Positions 31,727 to 44,300 of a stretch of DNA of 64,000 nucleotides are shown here, piece after piece. Positions within the stretch are counted from its first letter, which is position 1, and each line of letters starts with the position of its first letter. The translations under genes were made by a program, and so were the position numbers. The notes beneath the pieces are model-generated. The model saw only the letters and a list, made by a program, of their open reading frames with translations. It searched no databases and was not told where the DNA came from. This stretch comes from Squalus acanthias. Lineage: Eukaryota. The stretch is from the NCBI GenBank assembly GCA_030390025.1, contig JASTWF010000337.1, positions 62,001-126,000 on the forward strand, in the 5' to 3' direction.

Positions 31727-32355
31727 TTATCGTTTATTGCGAGGGGAATTGAATACAAAAGTAGGGAGGTTATGCTTCAGTTATACAGGGCATTGGTGAG
31801 ACCACATCTGGAGTACTGTGTACAGTATTGGTCTCCTTATTTAAGGAAGGATGTAAATGCGTTGGAAGCAGTTCAGAGAAGGTTTACTGGACTAATACCT
31901 GGAATGGGCGGGTTGTCTTATGAGGAAAGGTTGGACAGGCTAGGCTTGTATCCGCTGGAGTTTAGAAGAGTAAGAGGTGACTTGATTGAAATATATTAGA
32001 TCCTGAGGGGTCTGGACCGGGTAGATGTGGAGAGGATGTTTCCTTTTGTGGGAGAATCTAGAACTAGGGGTCACTGTTTAAAAATAAGGGGTCGCCCATT
32101 TAAGACAGAGATGAGGAGACATTTTTTCTCACAGAGGGTGGTGAGTCTTTGGAACTCTCTTCCTCAGAGGGCGGTGGAAGCAGAGTCTTTGAATATTTTT
32201 AAGGCAGAGGGAGATAGATTCTTGGTAAGCAAGGGGGTGAAAGGTTATCGGGGGTAGGCGGGAATGTGGAGTAATCGGATCAGCCACGATCTTATTGAAT
32301 GGCGGAGCAGGTTCGAAGGGCCGAGTGGCCGACTACTGCTCCTAATTCGTATGTT
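31727..32355 (+). mobile_element. Older CR1 LINE, 3' part (continuation of 24414-27165)
   Basis: LSFIARGIEYKSREV...RPHLEYC resumes where QQVIRKA stopped; 3' stem-loop and TATGTT end. Confidence 0.93.
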
Positions 32356-35300
32356 TGAGAGACTGTGAGTGTGTGAGAGAGACTGTGAGTGTGTGAGAGA
32401 GACTGTGAGTGTGTGAGAGAGACTGTGAGTGTGTGTGAGAGACTGTGATTGTGTGAGAGAGACTGTGAGTGTGTGAGAGAGACTGTGAGTGTGTGAGAGA
32501 GACTGAGTGTGTGAGAGAGACTGTGAGTGTGTGAGAGAGACTGTGAGTGTGTGAGAGAGACTGTGAGTGTGAGAGAGAGACTGTGAGTGTGAGAGAGACT
32601 GTGAGTGTGTGAGAGAGACTGTGAGTGTGAGAGAGACTGTGAGTGTGTGAGAGAGACTGTGAGTGTGTGAGAGACTGAGTGTGTGAGAGACTGTGAGTGT
32701 GTGCGGGAGACTGTGAGTGTGTGAGAGAGACTGTGAGTGTGAGACTGAGTGTGCGAGAGAGACTGTGAGTGTGTGAGAGAGAGAGACAGACTGTGAGTGT
32801 GTGAGAGAGAGAAAGACTGTGAGTGTGTGTAAGAGAGAGACAGACTGAGTGTGTGTGAGAGAGAGACAGACTGTGAGTGTGTGTGAGAGAGAGACAGACT
32901 GTGAGTGTGTGAGAGAGAGAGACAGACTGTGAGTGTGTGAGAGAGAGAGACAGACTGTGAGTGTGTGTGAGAGAGAGACAGTCTGTGAGTGTGTGAGAGA
33001 GAGAGACAGACTGAGTGTGTGTGAGAGAGAGAAAGACTGTGAGTGTGTGGAAGAGAGAGACAAACTGAGTGTGTGTGAGACAGAGACAGACAGTGAATGT
33101 GTGTGCGAGAGAGACAGACTGAGTGTGTGTGAGAGAGCGAGACAGACTGTGAGTGTGTGTGTGAGAGAGACAGACTGTGAGTTAGTGTGAGAGAGAGAGA
33201 CAGATTGTGAGTGTGTGAGAGAGAGAGAGAGACAGACTGTGTGTGAGAGAGAGAGAGAGACAGACTGAGTGCGTGTGAGAGAGAGACAGACTGTGAGTGT
33301 GTGCCAGAGTGAGACAGACTGTGAGTGTGTGTGAGAGAGAGACAGACTGTGAGTGTGTGCGAGAGAGAGACAGACTGAGTGTGTGCGAGAGAGAGACAGA
33401 CTGTCAGTGTGTGCGAGAGAAAGACAGACTGTGAGTGTGTGAGAGAGACAGACTGTGAGTGTGTGAGAGAGACAGACTGTGAGTGTGTGAGAGAGACAGA
33501 CTGTGATTGTGTGTGAGAGCGAGACAGACTGTGAGTATGTGAGAGAGGGAGACAGACTGTGAGTGTGAGAGAGAGACAGACTGTGAATGTGTGTGCGAGA
33601 GGGACAGACTTATTGTATGTTAGAGAGAGACATTTTGTGAGTGTGAGTGAGAGGCAGACAGACTGAGTGTGTGTGAGAGAGAGAGACAGACTGTGAGTGT
33701 GTGTGAGAGAGAGACAGACGGTGAGTTAGTGTGAGAGAGAGACAGACTGTGAGTGTGTGTGAGAGAGAGACAGACTGAGTGTGTGTGAGAGAGAGAGACA
33801 GACTGTGAGTGTGTGTGAGAGAGAGACAGATTGAGTGTGTTTGAGAGAGATAGACTGTCAGTGTGTGTGAGAGAGACAGACTGTGAGTGTGTGAGAGAGA
33901 GACAGACTGAGTGTGTGTAAGAGGGAGACAGACTGAGTGTGTGTGAGAGAGACAGACAGTGAGTGTGTGTGATAGAGACAGTCTGTGAGTGTGTGTGATA
34001 GAGACAGACTGTGAGTGTGTGAGAGAGAGACAGACTGTGAGTGTGTGAGAGAGAGACAGACTGTGAGTGTGTGTGAGAGAGAGACAGACTGTGAGCGTAT
34101 GAGAGAGAGACACACTGTGAGTGTGTGTGATAGAGACAGGCTGTGAGTGTGTGAGAGAGAGACAGACTGTGAGTGTGTGAGAGAGAGACAGACTGTGAGT
34201 GTGTGAGAGAGAGACACACTGTGAGTGAGTGTGAGAGGGAGACAGGCTGAGTGTGTGTGAGAGAGACAGACTGTAAAGGTGTGTGAGAGAGAGATAGACT
34301 GTGAGTGTGTGTGAGAGAGAGACAGACTGTGAGTGTGTGGGAGAGAGAGACAGAATGTGAGTTAATGTGAGAGAGAGATACAGATTGTGAGCGTGTGAGA
34401 GAGAGAGAGAGACAGACTGAGTGTGTGTGAGAGAGAGACAGACTGTGAGTGTGTGCCAGAGTGAGACAGACTGTGAGTGTGTGTGAGAGAGAGACAGACT
34501 GTGAGTGTGTGCGAGAGAGAGACAGACTGTCAGTGTGTGCGAGAGAAAGACAGACTGTGAGTGTGTGAGAGAGACAGACTGTGAGTGTGTGAGAGAGACA
34601 GACTGTGATTGTGTGTGAGAGCGAGACAGACTGTGAGTATGTGAGAGAGGGAGACAGACTGTTAGTGTGAGAGAGAGACAGACTGTGAATGTGTGTGCGA
34701 GAGGGACAGACTTATTGTATGTTAGAGAGAGAGACATTTTGTGAGTGTGAGTGAGAGGCAGACAGACTGAGTGTGTGTGAGAGAGAGAGACAGACTGTAA
34801 GTGTGTGTGAGAGAGAGACAGACGGTGAGTTAGTGTGAGAGAGAGACAGACTGTGAGTGTGTGTGAGAGAGAGACAGACTGAGTGTGTGTGAGAGAGAGA
34901 GACAGACTGTGAGTGTGTGTGAGAGAGAGACAGACTGAGTGTGTTTGAGAGAGATAGACTGTCAGTGTGTGTGAGAGAGACAGACTGTGAGTGTGTGAGA
35001 GAGAGACAGACTGTGAGTGTGTGAGAGAGAGACAGACTGTGAGTGTGTGTGAGAGAGAGACAGACTGTGAGCGTATGAGAGAGAGACACACTGTGAGTGT
35101 GTGTGATAGAGACAGACTGTGAGTGTGTGAGAGAGAGACAGACTGTGAGTGTGTGAGAGAGAGACAGACAGTGAATGTGTGAGAGAGAGAGACAGACTGT
35201 GAGTGTGTGAGAGAGAGAGACAGACTGTGAATTAGTGTGAGAGAGAGAGACAGACTGTAAGTGTGTGTGAGAGAGAGACAGACTGTGAGTTAGTGTGAGA

Positions 35301-38300
35301 GAGAGAGACAGACTGTGATTGTGTGTGTGAGAGAGACAGACAGTGAGTGTGTGAGAGAGAGAGACAGACTGTGAGTGTGTGTGTGAGAGACAGACTGAAT
35401 GTGTGAGATAGATACAGAATGTGAGTGTGTGTGAGAGAGACAGACAGACTGGGTGTGTGTGAGAGAGTCAGACTGTGAGTGTGTGTGAGAGAGAGACAGA
35501 CTGTGAGTGTGTGTGAGGGAGAGACAGACTGTGAGTGTGTGCCAGAGTGAGACAGACTGTGAGTGTGTGTGAGAGAGAGACAGACTGTGAGTGTGTGCGA
35601 GAGAGAGACAGACTGTCAGTGTGTGCGAGAGAAAGACAGACTGTGAGTGTGTGAGAGAGACAGACTGTGAGTGTGTGAGAGAGACAGACTGTGAGTGTGT
35701 GAGAGAGACAGACTGTGATTGTGTGTGAGAGCGAGACAGACTGTGAGTATGTGAGAGAGGGAGACAGACTGTTAGTGTGAGAGAGAGACAGACTGTGAAT
35801 GTGTGTGCGAGAGGGACAGACTTATTGTATGTTAGAGAGAGAGACATTTTGTGAGTGTGAGTGAGAGGCAGACAGACTGAGTGTGTGTGAGAGAGAGAGA
35901 CAGACTGTAAGTGTGTGTGAGAGAGAGACAGACGGTGAGTTAGTGTGAGAGAGAGACAGACTGTGAGTGTGTGTGAGAGAGAGACAGACTGAGTGTGTGT
36001 GAGAGAGAGAGAGACAGACTGTGAGTGTGTGTGAGAGAGAGACAGACTGAGTGTGTTTGAGAGAGATAGACTGTCAGTGTGTGTGAGAGAGACAGACTGT
36101 GAGTGTGTGAGAGAGAGACAGACTGTGAGTGTGTGAGAGAGAGACAGACTGTGAGTGTGTGTGAGAGAGAGACAGACTGTGAGCGTATGAGAGAGAGACA
36201 CACTGTGAGTGTGTGTGATAGAGACAGACTGTGAGTGTGTGAGAGAGAGACAGACTGTGAGTGTGTGAGAGAGAGACAGACTGTGAGTGTGTGAGAGAGA
36301 GACACACTGTGAGTGAGTGTGAGAGGGAGACAATCTGAGTGTGTGTGAGAGAGACAGACTGTGACTGTGTGAGAGAGTGACAGACTGTAAAGGTGTGTGA
36401 GAGAGAGATAGACTGTGAGTGTGTGTGAGAGAGAGACAGACTGTGAGTGTGTGGGAGAGAGAGTCACTGTGAGTGTGTGAGAGAGGCAGACAGACTGTGA
36501 GTGTGTGTGAAAGAGAGACAGATTGTAAGTGTGTGTGAGGGAGTGAGAGGCAGACTGTGAGTTAGTGTGAGAGAGAGAGACAGACTGTGAGTTAGTGTGA
36601 GAGAGAGAGACAGACTGAGTGTGTGTGAGAGAGAGATAGACTGTGAGTGTGTGTGAAAGAGAGACAGATTGTGAGTGTGTGTGAGGGAGAGACAGACAGT
36701 GAATGTGTGAGAGAGAGAGACAGACTGTGAGTGTGTGAGAGAGAGAGACAGACTGTGAATTAGTGTGAGAGAGAGAGACAGACTGTAAGTGTGTGTGAGA
36801 GAGAGACAGACTGTGAGTTAGTGTGAGAGAGAGAGACAGACTGTGATTGTGTGTGTGAGAGAGACAGACAGTGAGTGTGTGAGAGAGAGAGACAGACTGT
36901 GAGTGTGTGTGTGAGAGACAGACTGAATGTGTGAGATAGATACAGAATGTGAGTGTGTGTGAGAGAGACAGACAGACTGGGTGTGTGTGAGAGAGTCAGA
37001 CTGTGAGTGTGTGTGAGAGAGAGACAGACTGTGAGTGTGTGTGAGGGAGAGACAGACTGTGAGTGTGAGAGAGAGACAGACTGTGAGTGTGGGTGGGAGA
37101 GGCAGAGTGTGAGAGTGTTTAGAGGCAGACAGACTGAGTGTGAGTGAGAGAGAGGGACAGACTGTGAGTGCGTGTGAGAGAGAGACAGTCTGTGAGTTAG
37201 TGTGAGAGAGAGACAGACTGAGTGTGTGAGAGAGAGACAGACTGTGAGTGTGTGTGAGAGAGAGACAGACTGTGAGCGTGTGAGAGAGACAGACTGTGAG
37301 TGTGAGTAAGAGACAGACTGTGAGTGTGTGTGAGAGAGAGACAGACTGTGAGCGTGTGAGAGAGACAGACTGAGTGCGTGTGAGAGAGAGACAGACTGAG
37401 TGTGTGTGAGAGAGAGAGACAGTCTGTGATTGTGTGAGAGATAGAGACAGGCTGTGAGTGTGTGAGAGAGAGACAGACTGTGAGTGTGTGTGTGAGAGAG
37501 AGACAGACTGTGAGTGTGTGAGAGAGACAGACTGTGAGTGTGTTTGTGAGAGACAGACTGTGAGTGTGTGAGAGAGAGACAGCCTGTGAGTGTGTGTGAC
37601 AGAGAGACTGACTGTGAGTGTGTGAGAGAGACAGATTGTGAGTGTGTGAGAGAGAGAGACAGACTGTGAGTGTGTGAGAGGGAGACTGACTGTGAGTGTG
37701 TGAGAGAGAGACAGACTGTGAGTGTTTGAGAGAGACAGACTGTGAGTGTGTGAGAGAGACAGACTGTGAGTGTGTGAGAGAGAGAGACAGACTGTGAGTG
37801 TGAGTGAGAGAGACAGACTGTGAGTGTGAGAGAGACAGATTGTGAGTGTGTGAGAGAGAGAAACAGACTGTGAATGTGTGTGAGAGAGACTGAGACTGTG
37901 AGTGTGAGAGAGACAGACTGTGAGTGTGTGTGATAGAGAGAGACAGACTGAGTGTGTGTGAGAGAGAGACTGAGTGTGTGAGAGAGAGACAGACTGTGAG
38001 TGTGTGAGAGAGAGACAGACTACTGAGTGTGTGTGTGAGAGACAGACTGTGAGTGTGTGAGAGAGAGAGACAGACTGTGAGTGAGTGAGAGAGGCAGACA
38101 GACTGTGAGTTTGTGTGAGAGAGAGACAGACTGTGAGTTTGTGAGAGAGAGACAGACTGATTGTGTGTGATGGAGACACAGATTGTGAGTGTGAGAGAGA
38201 GACAGACTGAGTGTGTGAGAGAGAGAGACAGAATTTGAGTGTGTGTGAGAGAGAGACAGACTGAGTGTGTAAGAGAGAGAGACAGACTGAGTGTGTGTGA

Positions 38301-41300
38301 GAGCGACAGACTGAGTGAGTGTGTGCGGGAGAGAGACTGAGTGTGTGTGAGAGAGAGACAGACTGTGAATTGGACTGAGATAGAGACAGACTGTGAGTGT
38401 GTGTGAGAGAGAGACAGACTGTGAGTGTGTGAGAGAGACAGATTGTGATTGTGTGAGAGAGAGACAGCCTGTGAGTGTGTGTGACAGAGAGACTGACTGT
38501 GAGTGTGTGAGAGAGACAGATTGTGAGTGTGTGAGAGAGAGAGACAGACTGTGAGTGTGTGAGAGAGAGAGACAGACTGTGAGTGTTTGAGAGAGACAGA
38601 CTGTGAGTGTGTGAGAGAGACAGACTGTGAGTGTGTGAGAGAGAGACACAGACTGTGAGTGTTTGAGAGAGACAGACTGTGAGTGTGTGAGAGAGACAGA
38701 CTGTGAGTGTGTGAGAGAGAGAGACAGACTGTGAGTGTGAGTGAGACAGACTGTGAGTGTGTGAGAGAGAGAGACAGACTGTGAGTGGATGTGAGAGTGA
38801 CAGATTGTGAGTGTGTGAGAGAGACAGACTGTGAGTGTGTGAGAGAGAGAGACAGACTGTGAGTGTGAGTAAGAGACAGACTGAGAGTGTGTGAGAGAGA
38901 CAGACTGTGAGTGTGAGTAAGAGACAGACTGAGAGTGTGTGAGGGAGAGACAGACTGTGAGTGTGTGTGATAGAGAGAGACAGACTGAGTGTGTGAGAGA
39001 GACAGACTGAGTGTGTGAGAGAGACAGACTGTGAGTGTGTGAGAGAGAGACAGACTGTGAGTGTGTGTGAGAGAGACAGACTGTGAGTGTGTGAGAGAGA
39101 GAGACAGACTGTGAGTGTGTGTGAGAGAGACAGACTGTGAGTGTGTGAGAGAGAGAGACAGACTGTGAGTGTGTGAGAGAGGCAGACTGTGAGTGTGTGA
39201 GAGATAGAGACAGACTGTGAGTGTGTGAGAGAGAGAGACAGACTGTGAGTGTGTGAGAGAGAGAGACAGAATTTGAGTGTGATGAGAGAGAGACAGACTG
39301 AGTGTGTAAGAGAGAGAGACAGACTGAGTGTGTGTGAGAGAGGCAGACTGAGTGAGTGTGTGCGGGAGAGAGACTGAGTGTGTGTGAGAGAGAGACAGAC
39401 TGTGAATTGGTCTGAGATAGAGACAGACTGTGAGTGTGTGTGAGAGAGAGACAGACTGTGAGTGTGTGAGAGAGACAGATTGTGAGTGTGTGAGAGAGAG
39501 ACAGCCTGTGAGTGTGTGTGACAGAGAGGCTGACTGTGAGTGTGTGAGAGAGACAGATTGTGAGTGTGTGAGAGAGAGAGACAGACTGTGAGTGTTTGAG
39601 AGAGACAGACTGTGAGTGTGTGAGAGAGACAGACTGTGAGTGTGTGAGAGAGAGAGACAGACTGTGAGTGTGTGTGAGAGACAGACTGTGAGTGTGTGAG
39701 AGGGAGAGACAGACTGTGAGTGTGAGAGAGAGAAACAGACTGTGAGTGTGTGTGAGAGAGACTGAGACTGTGAGTGTGTGTGAGAGAGAGAGACAGACTG
39801 TGAGTGTGTGAGAGAGACAGACTGAGTGATTGTGTGCGGGAGAGAGACTGAGTGTGTGCGATAGAGAGACAGACTGTGAATCTGTCTGAGATAGAGACAG
39901 ACTGAGTGTGTGTGAGAGAGACAGACTGTGAGTGTTTGTGAGAGAGAGACAGAATGTGAGTGTGAGTAAGAGACAGACTGTGAGTGTGTGTGAGTGAGAG
40001 ACAGACTGTGAGTGTGTGTGAAAGAGAGACAGACTTTGAGCGTGTGAGAGAGAGACAGACTGTGAGTGTGTGAGAGTTTCAGACTGAGTGCGTGTGAGAG
40101 AGAGAGACAGACTGAGTGTGTGTGAGAGAGAGACAGACTGAGTTTGTGTGAGAGAGAGACAGTGTGAGTGTGTGAGAGAGAGAGACAGACTGTGAGTGTG
40201 TGAGAGAGAGACTGTGAGTGTGTGCGAGAGAGAGACAGACTGTGAGTGTGTGTGAGAGAGACAGCCTGTGAGTGTGTTTGTGAGAGACAGACTGAGTATG
40301 TGAGAGAGAAATACAGACTGTGATTGTGTGACAGAGACAGACTGTGAGTGTGTGAGAGAGAGAGACAGACTGAGTGTGTGTGAGAGAGACAGACTGTGAG
40401 TGTGTGAGAGAGAGACATAGACTGTGAGTGTTTGAGAGAGACAGACTGTGAGTGTGTGAGAGAGACAGACTGTGAGTGTGTGAGAGAGAGACATAGACTG
40501 TGAGTGTTTGAGAGAGACAGACTGTGAGGGTGTGAGAGAGACAGACTGTGAGTGTGTGAGAGAGAGAGACAGACTGTGAGTGTGAGTGAGAGAGACAGAC
40601 TGTGAGTGTGAGTAAGAGACAGACTGAGAGTGTGTGAGAGAGAGACAGACTGTGAGTGTGAGTAAGAGACAGACTGAGAGTGTGTGAGAGAGAGACAGAC
40701 TGTGAGTGTGTGTGATAGAGAGAGACAGACTGAGTGTGTGAGAGAGAGAGACTGAGTGTGTGAGAGAGAGACAGACTGTGAGTGTGTGAGAGAGAGACAG
40801 ACTGTGAGTGTGTGTGAGAGAGACAGACTGTGAGTGTGTGAGAGAGAGAGACAGACTGTGAGTGTGTGTGAGAGAGACAGACTGTGAGTGTGTGAGAGAG
40901 AGAGACAGACTGTGAGTGTGTCAGAGAGGCAGACTGTGAGTGTGTGAGAGATAGAGACAGACTGTGAGTGTGTGAGAGAGAGAGACAGACTGTGAGTGTG
41001 TGAGAGAGGCAGACAGACTGTGAGTCTGTGTGAGAGAGACAGACTGCGAGTATGTGAGAGTGAGACAGACTGATTGTGTGTGATGGAGACACAGATTGTG
41101 AGTGTGAGAGAGAGACAGACTGAGTGTGTGAGAGAGAGAGACAGAATTTGAGTGTGTGTGAGAGAGAGACAGACTGAGTGTGTAAGAGAGAGAGACAGAC
41201 TGAGTGTGTGTGAGAGAGGCAGACTGAGTGAGTGTGTGCGGGAGAGAGACTGAGTGTGTGTGAGAGAGAGACAGACTGTGAATTGGTCTGAGATAGAGAC

Positions 41301-44300
41301 AGACTGTGAGTGTGTGTGAGAGAGAGACAGACTGTGAGTGTGTGAGAGAGAGACAGACTGTGAGTGTGTGTGAGAGAGACAGACTGTGAGTGTGTGAGAG
41401 AGAGAGACAGACTGTGAGTGTGTGTGAGAGAGACAGACTGTGAGTGTGTGAGAGAGAGAGACAGACTGTGAGTGTGTGAGAGAGGCAGACTGTGAGTGTG
41501 TGAGAGAGAGAGACAGACTGAGTGTGTGTGAGAGAGAGACAGACTGTGAGTGTGAGTAAGAGACAGACTGTGAGTGTGTGTGAGTGAGAGACAGACTGTG
41601 ATTGTGTGTGAGAGAGAGACAGACTGTGAGCATGTGAGAGAGAGACAGTCTGTGTGTGTGTGAGAGTTTCAGACTGAGTGTGTGTGAGAGAGAGACAGAC
41701 TGAGTTTGTGTGAGAGAGAGAGACTGTGAGTGTGTGAGAGAGAGAGACAGACTGTGAGTGTGTGAGAGAGAGACTGTGAGTTTGTGCGAGAGAGAGACAG
41801 ACTGTGAGTATGTGAGAGAGAAAGACAGACTGTGATTGTGTGACAGAGACAGATTGTGAGTGTGTGAGAGAGAGAGACAGACTGAGTGTGTGTGAGAGAG
41901 ACAGACTGTGAGTGTGAGTAAGAGACAGACTGTGAGTGTGTGAGAGAGAGACAGACTGTGAGTGTGAGTAAGAGACAGACTGTGAGTGTGTGAGAGAGAG
42001 ACAGACTGTGAGTGTGAGTAAGGGACAGACTGAGTGCGTGTGAGAGAGAGACAGACTGAGTGTGTGTGAGAGAGAGAGACAGACTGAGTGTGTGTGAGAG
42101 AGAGACACACTGAGTTTGTGTGAGAGAGAGAGACAGACTGTGAGTGTGTGTGAGAGAGAGAGACAGACTGTGAGTGTGTGAGAGAGAGAGACAGACTGTG
42201 AGTGTGTGTGATAGAGAGACAGACTGAGTGTGTGAGAGAGGCAGACTGTGAGTGTGTGAGAGAGAGACAGACTGTGAGTGTGTGTGATAGAGAGAGACAG
42301 ACTGAGCGTGTGAGAGAGAGAGACTGAGTGTGTGACAGAGAGACAGACTGTGAGTGTGTGAGAGAGAGACAGACTGTGAGTGTGTGAGAGAGAGACAGAC
42401 TGTGAGTGTGTGAGAGAGCGAGACAGACTGTGAGTGTGTGTGAGAGAGACAGACTGTGAGTGTGAGTAAGAGACAGACTGTGAGTGTGTGAGAGAGAGAC
42501 AGACTGTGAGTGTGAGTAAGAGACAGACTGTGAGTGGGTGAGAGAGAGACAGACTGTGAGTGTGTGCGAGAGAGAGACAGACTGTGAGTGTGTGTGAGAG
42601 AGAGACAGACTGTGAGTGTGTGAGAGAGAGACTGTGACTGTGTGCGAGAGAGAGACAGACTGTGAGTGTGTGAGAGAGAGACTGTGAGTGTGTGCGAGAG
42701 AGAGACAGACTGTGAGTGCATGTGAGAGAGACAGCCTGTGAGTGTGTTTGTGAGAGACAGACTGTGAGTGTGTGAGAGAGAAAGACAGATTGTGAGTGTG
42801 TGAGAGAGACAGATTGTGAGTGTGTGAGAGAGAGAGACAGACTGAGTGTGTGTGAGAGAGACAGACTGTGAGTGTGAGTAAGAGACAGACTGTGAGTGTG
42901 TGAGAGAGAGACAGACTGTGAGTGTGAGTAAGAGACAGACTGTGAGTGTGTGAGAGAGAGACAGACTGTGAGTGTGAGTAAGAGACAGACTGAGTGCGTG
43001 TGAGAGAGAGACAGACTGAGTGTGTGTGAGAGAGAGAGACAGATTGAGTGTGTGAGAGAGGCAGACTGTGAGTGTGTGAGAGAGAGACAGACTGTGAGTG
43101 TGTGTGATAGAGAGAGACAGACTGAGTGTGTGAGAGAGAGAGACTGAGTGTGTGAGAGAGAGGCAGACTGTGAGTGTGTGAGAGAGAGACAGACTGTGAG
43201 TGCGTGAGAGAGAGACAGACTGTGAGTGTGTGAGAGTGAGACAGACTGTGAGTGTGTGAGAGAGAGACAGACTGTGAGTGTGTGTGAGAGAGAGACAGAC
43301 TGTGAGTGTGTGTGAGAGGCAGACAGATTGTGAGTGTGTGAGAGAGACAGACTTTGAGTGAGTGTGTGAGAGAGACAGACTGTGTCTGTGTGAGAGAGAG
43401 ACAGACTGTGAGTGTGTGAGAGAGAGATAGACTGAGTGTGTGTGAGAGAGAGACAGATTGTGAGTGTGTGTGAGAGAGACAGACTGTGAGTGTGTGTGAG
43501 AGAGGGATAGACTGTGAGTGTGTGAGAGAGACAGACTGAGTATGTGAGTGTGTGAGTGAGACAGACTGAGTGTGTGTGAGAGAGAGGCAGACTGAGTGTG
43601 TAAGTGAGAGAGACAGATGTGAGTGTGTGAGAGAGAGCTAGAGTGTGAGTGTGAGAGAGAGAGACAGACTGTGAGTGTGTGTGAGAGAGAGACAGACTGA
43701 GTGTGTGAGAGAGGCAGACAGACTGTGAGTGTCTGTGAGAAAGACAGACTGTGAGTGTGTAAGAGAGAGAGACAAACTGTGAGTGTGTATGAGATAGTGA
43801 CAGAATGAGTGTGTGTGTGTGAGAGAGATAGTCTGAGTTTGCGTGAGAGAGACAGACTGCGATTATGTGAGTGAGACAGATTGAGTGTGTGTGAGAGAGA
43901 GACAGACTGAGTGTATGAGAGAGAGAGACAGACTGTGAGTGTGTGATGGAGACACAGATTGTGAGTGTGAGAGAGAGACAGACTGAGTGTGTGAGAGAGA
44001 CAGACAGAATTGGAGTGTGTGTGAGAGAGAGACAGACTGAGTGTGTAAGAGAGAGAGACAGACTGAGTGTGTGTGAGAGAGACAGACTGAGTGAGTGTGT
44101 GCGGGAGAGAGACTGAGTGTGTGTGAGAGAGAGACAGGCTGTGAATTGGTCTGATATAGAGACAGACTGAGTGTGTGTGAGAGAGACAGACTGTGAGTGT
44201 GTGTGAGAGAGAGACAGACTGTGAGCGTGTGAGAGAGACAGACTGTGAGTGTGAGTAAGAGACAGACTGTGAGTGTGTGTGAGTGAGAGACAGACTGTGA

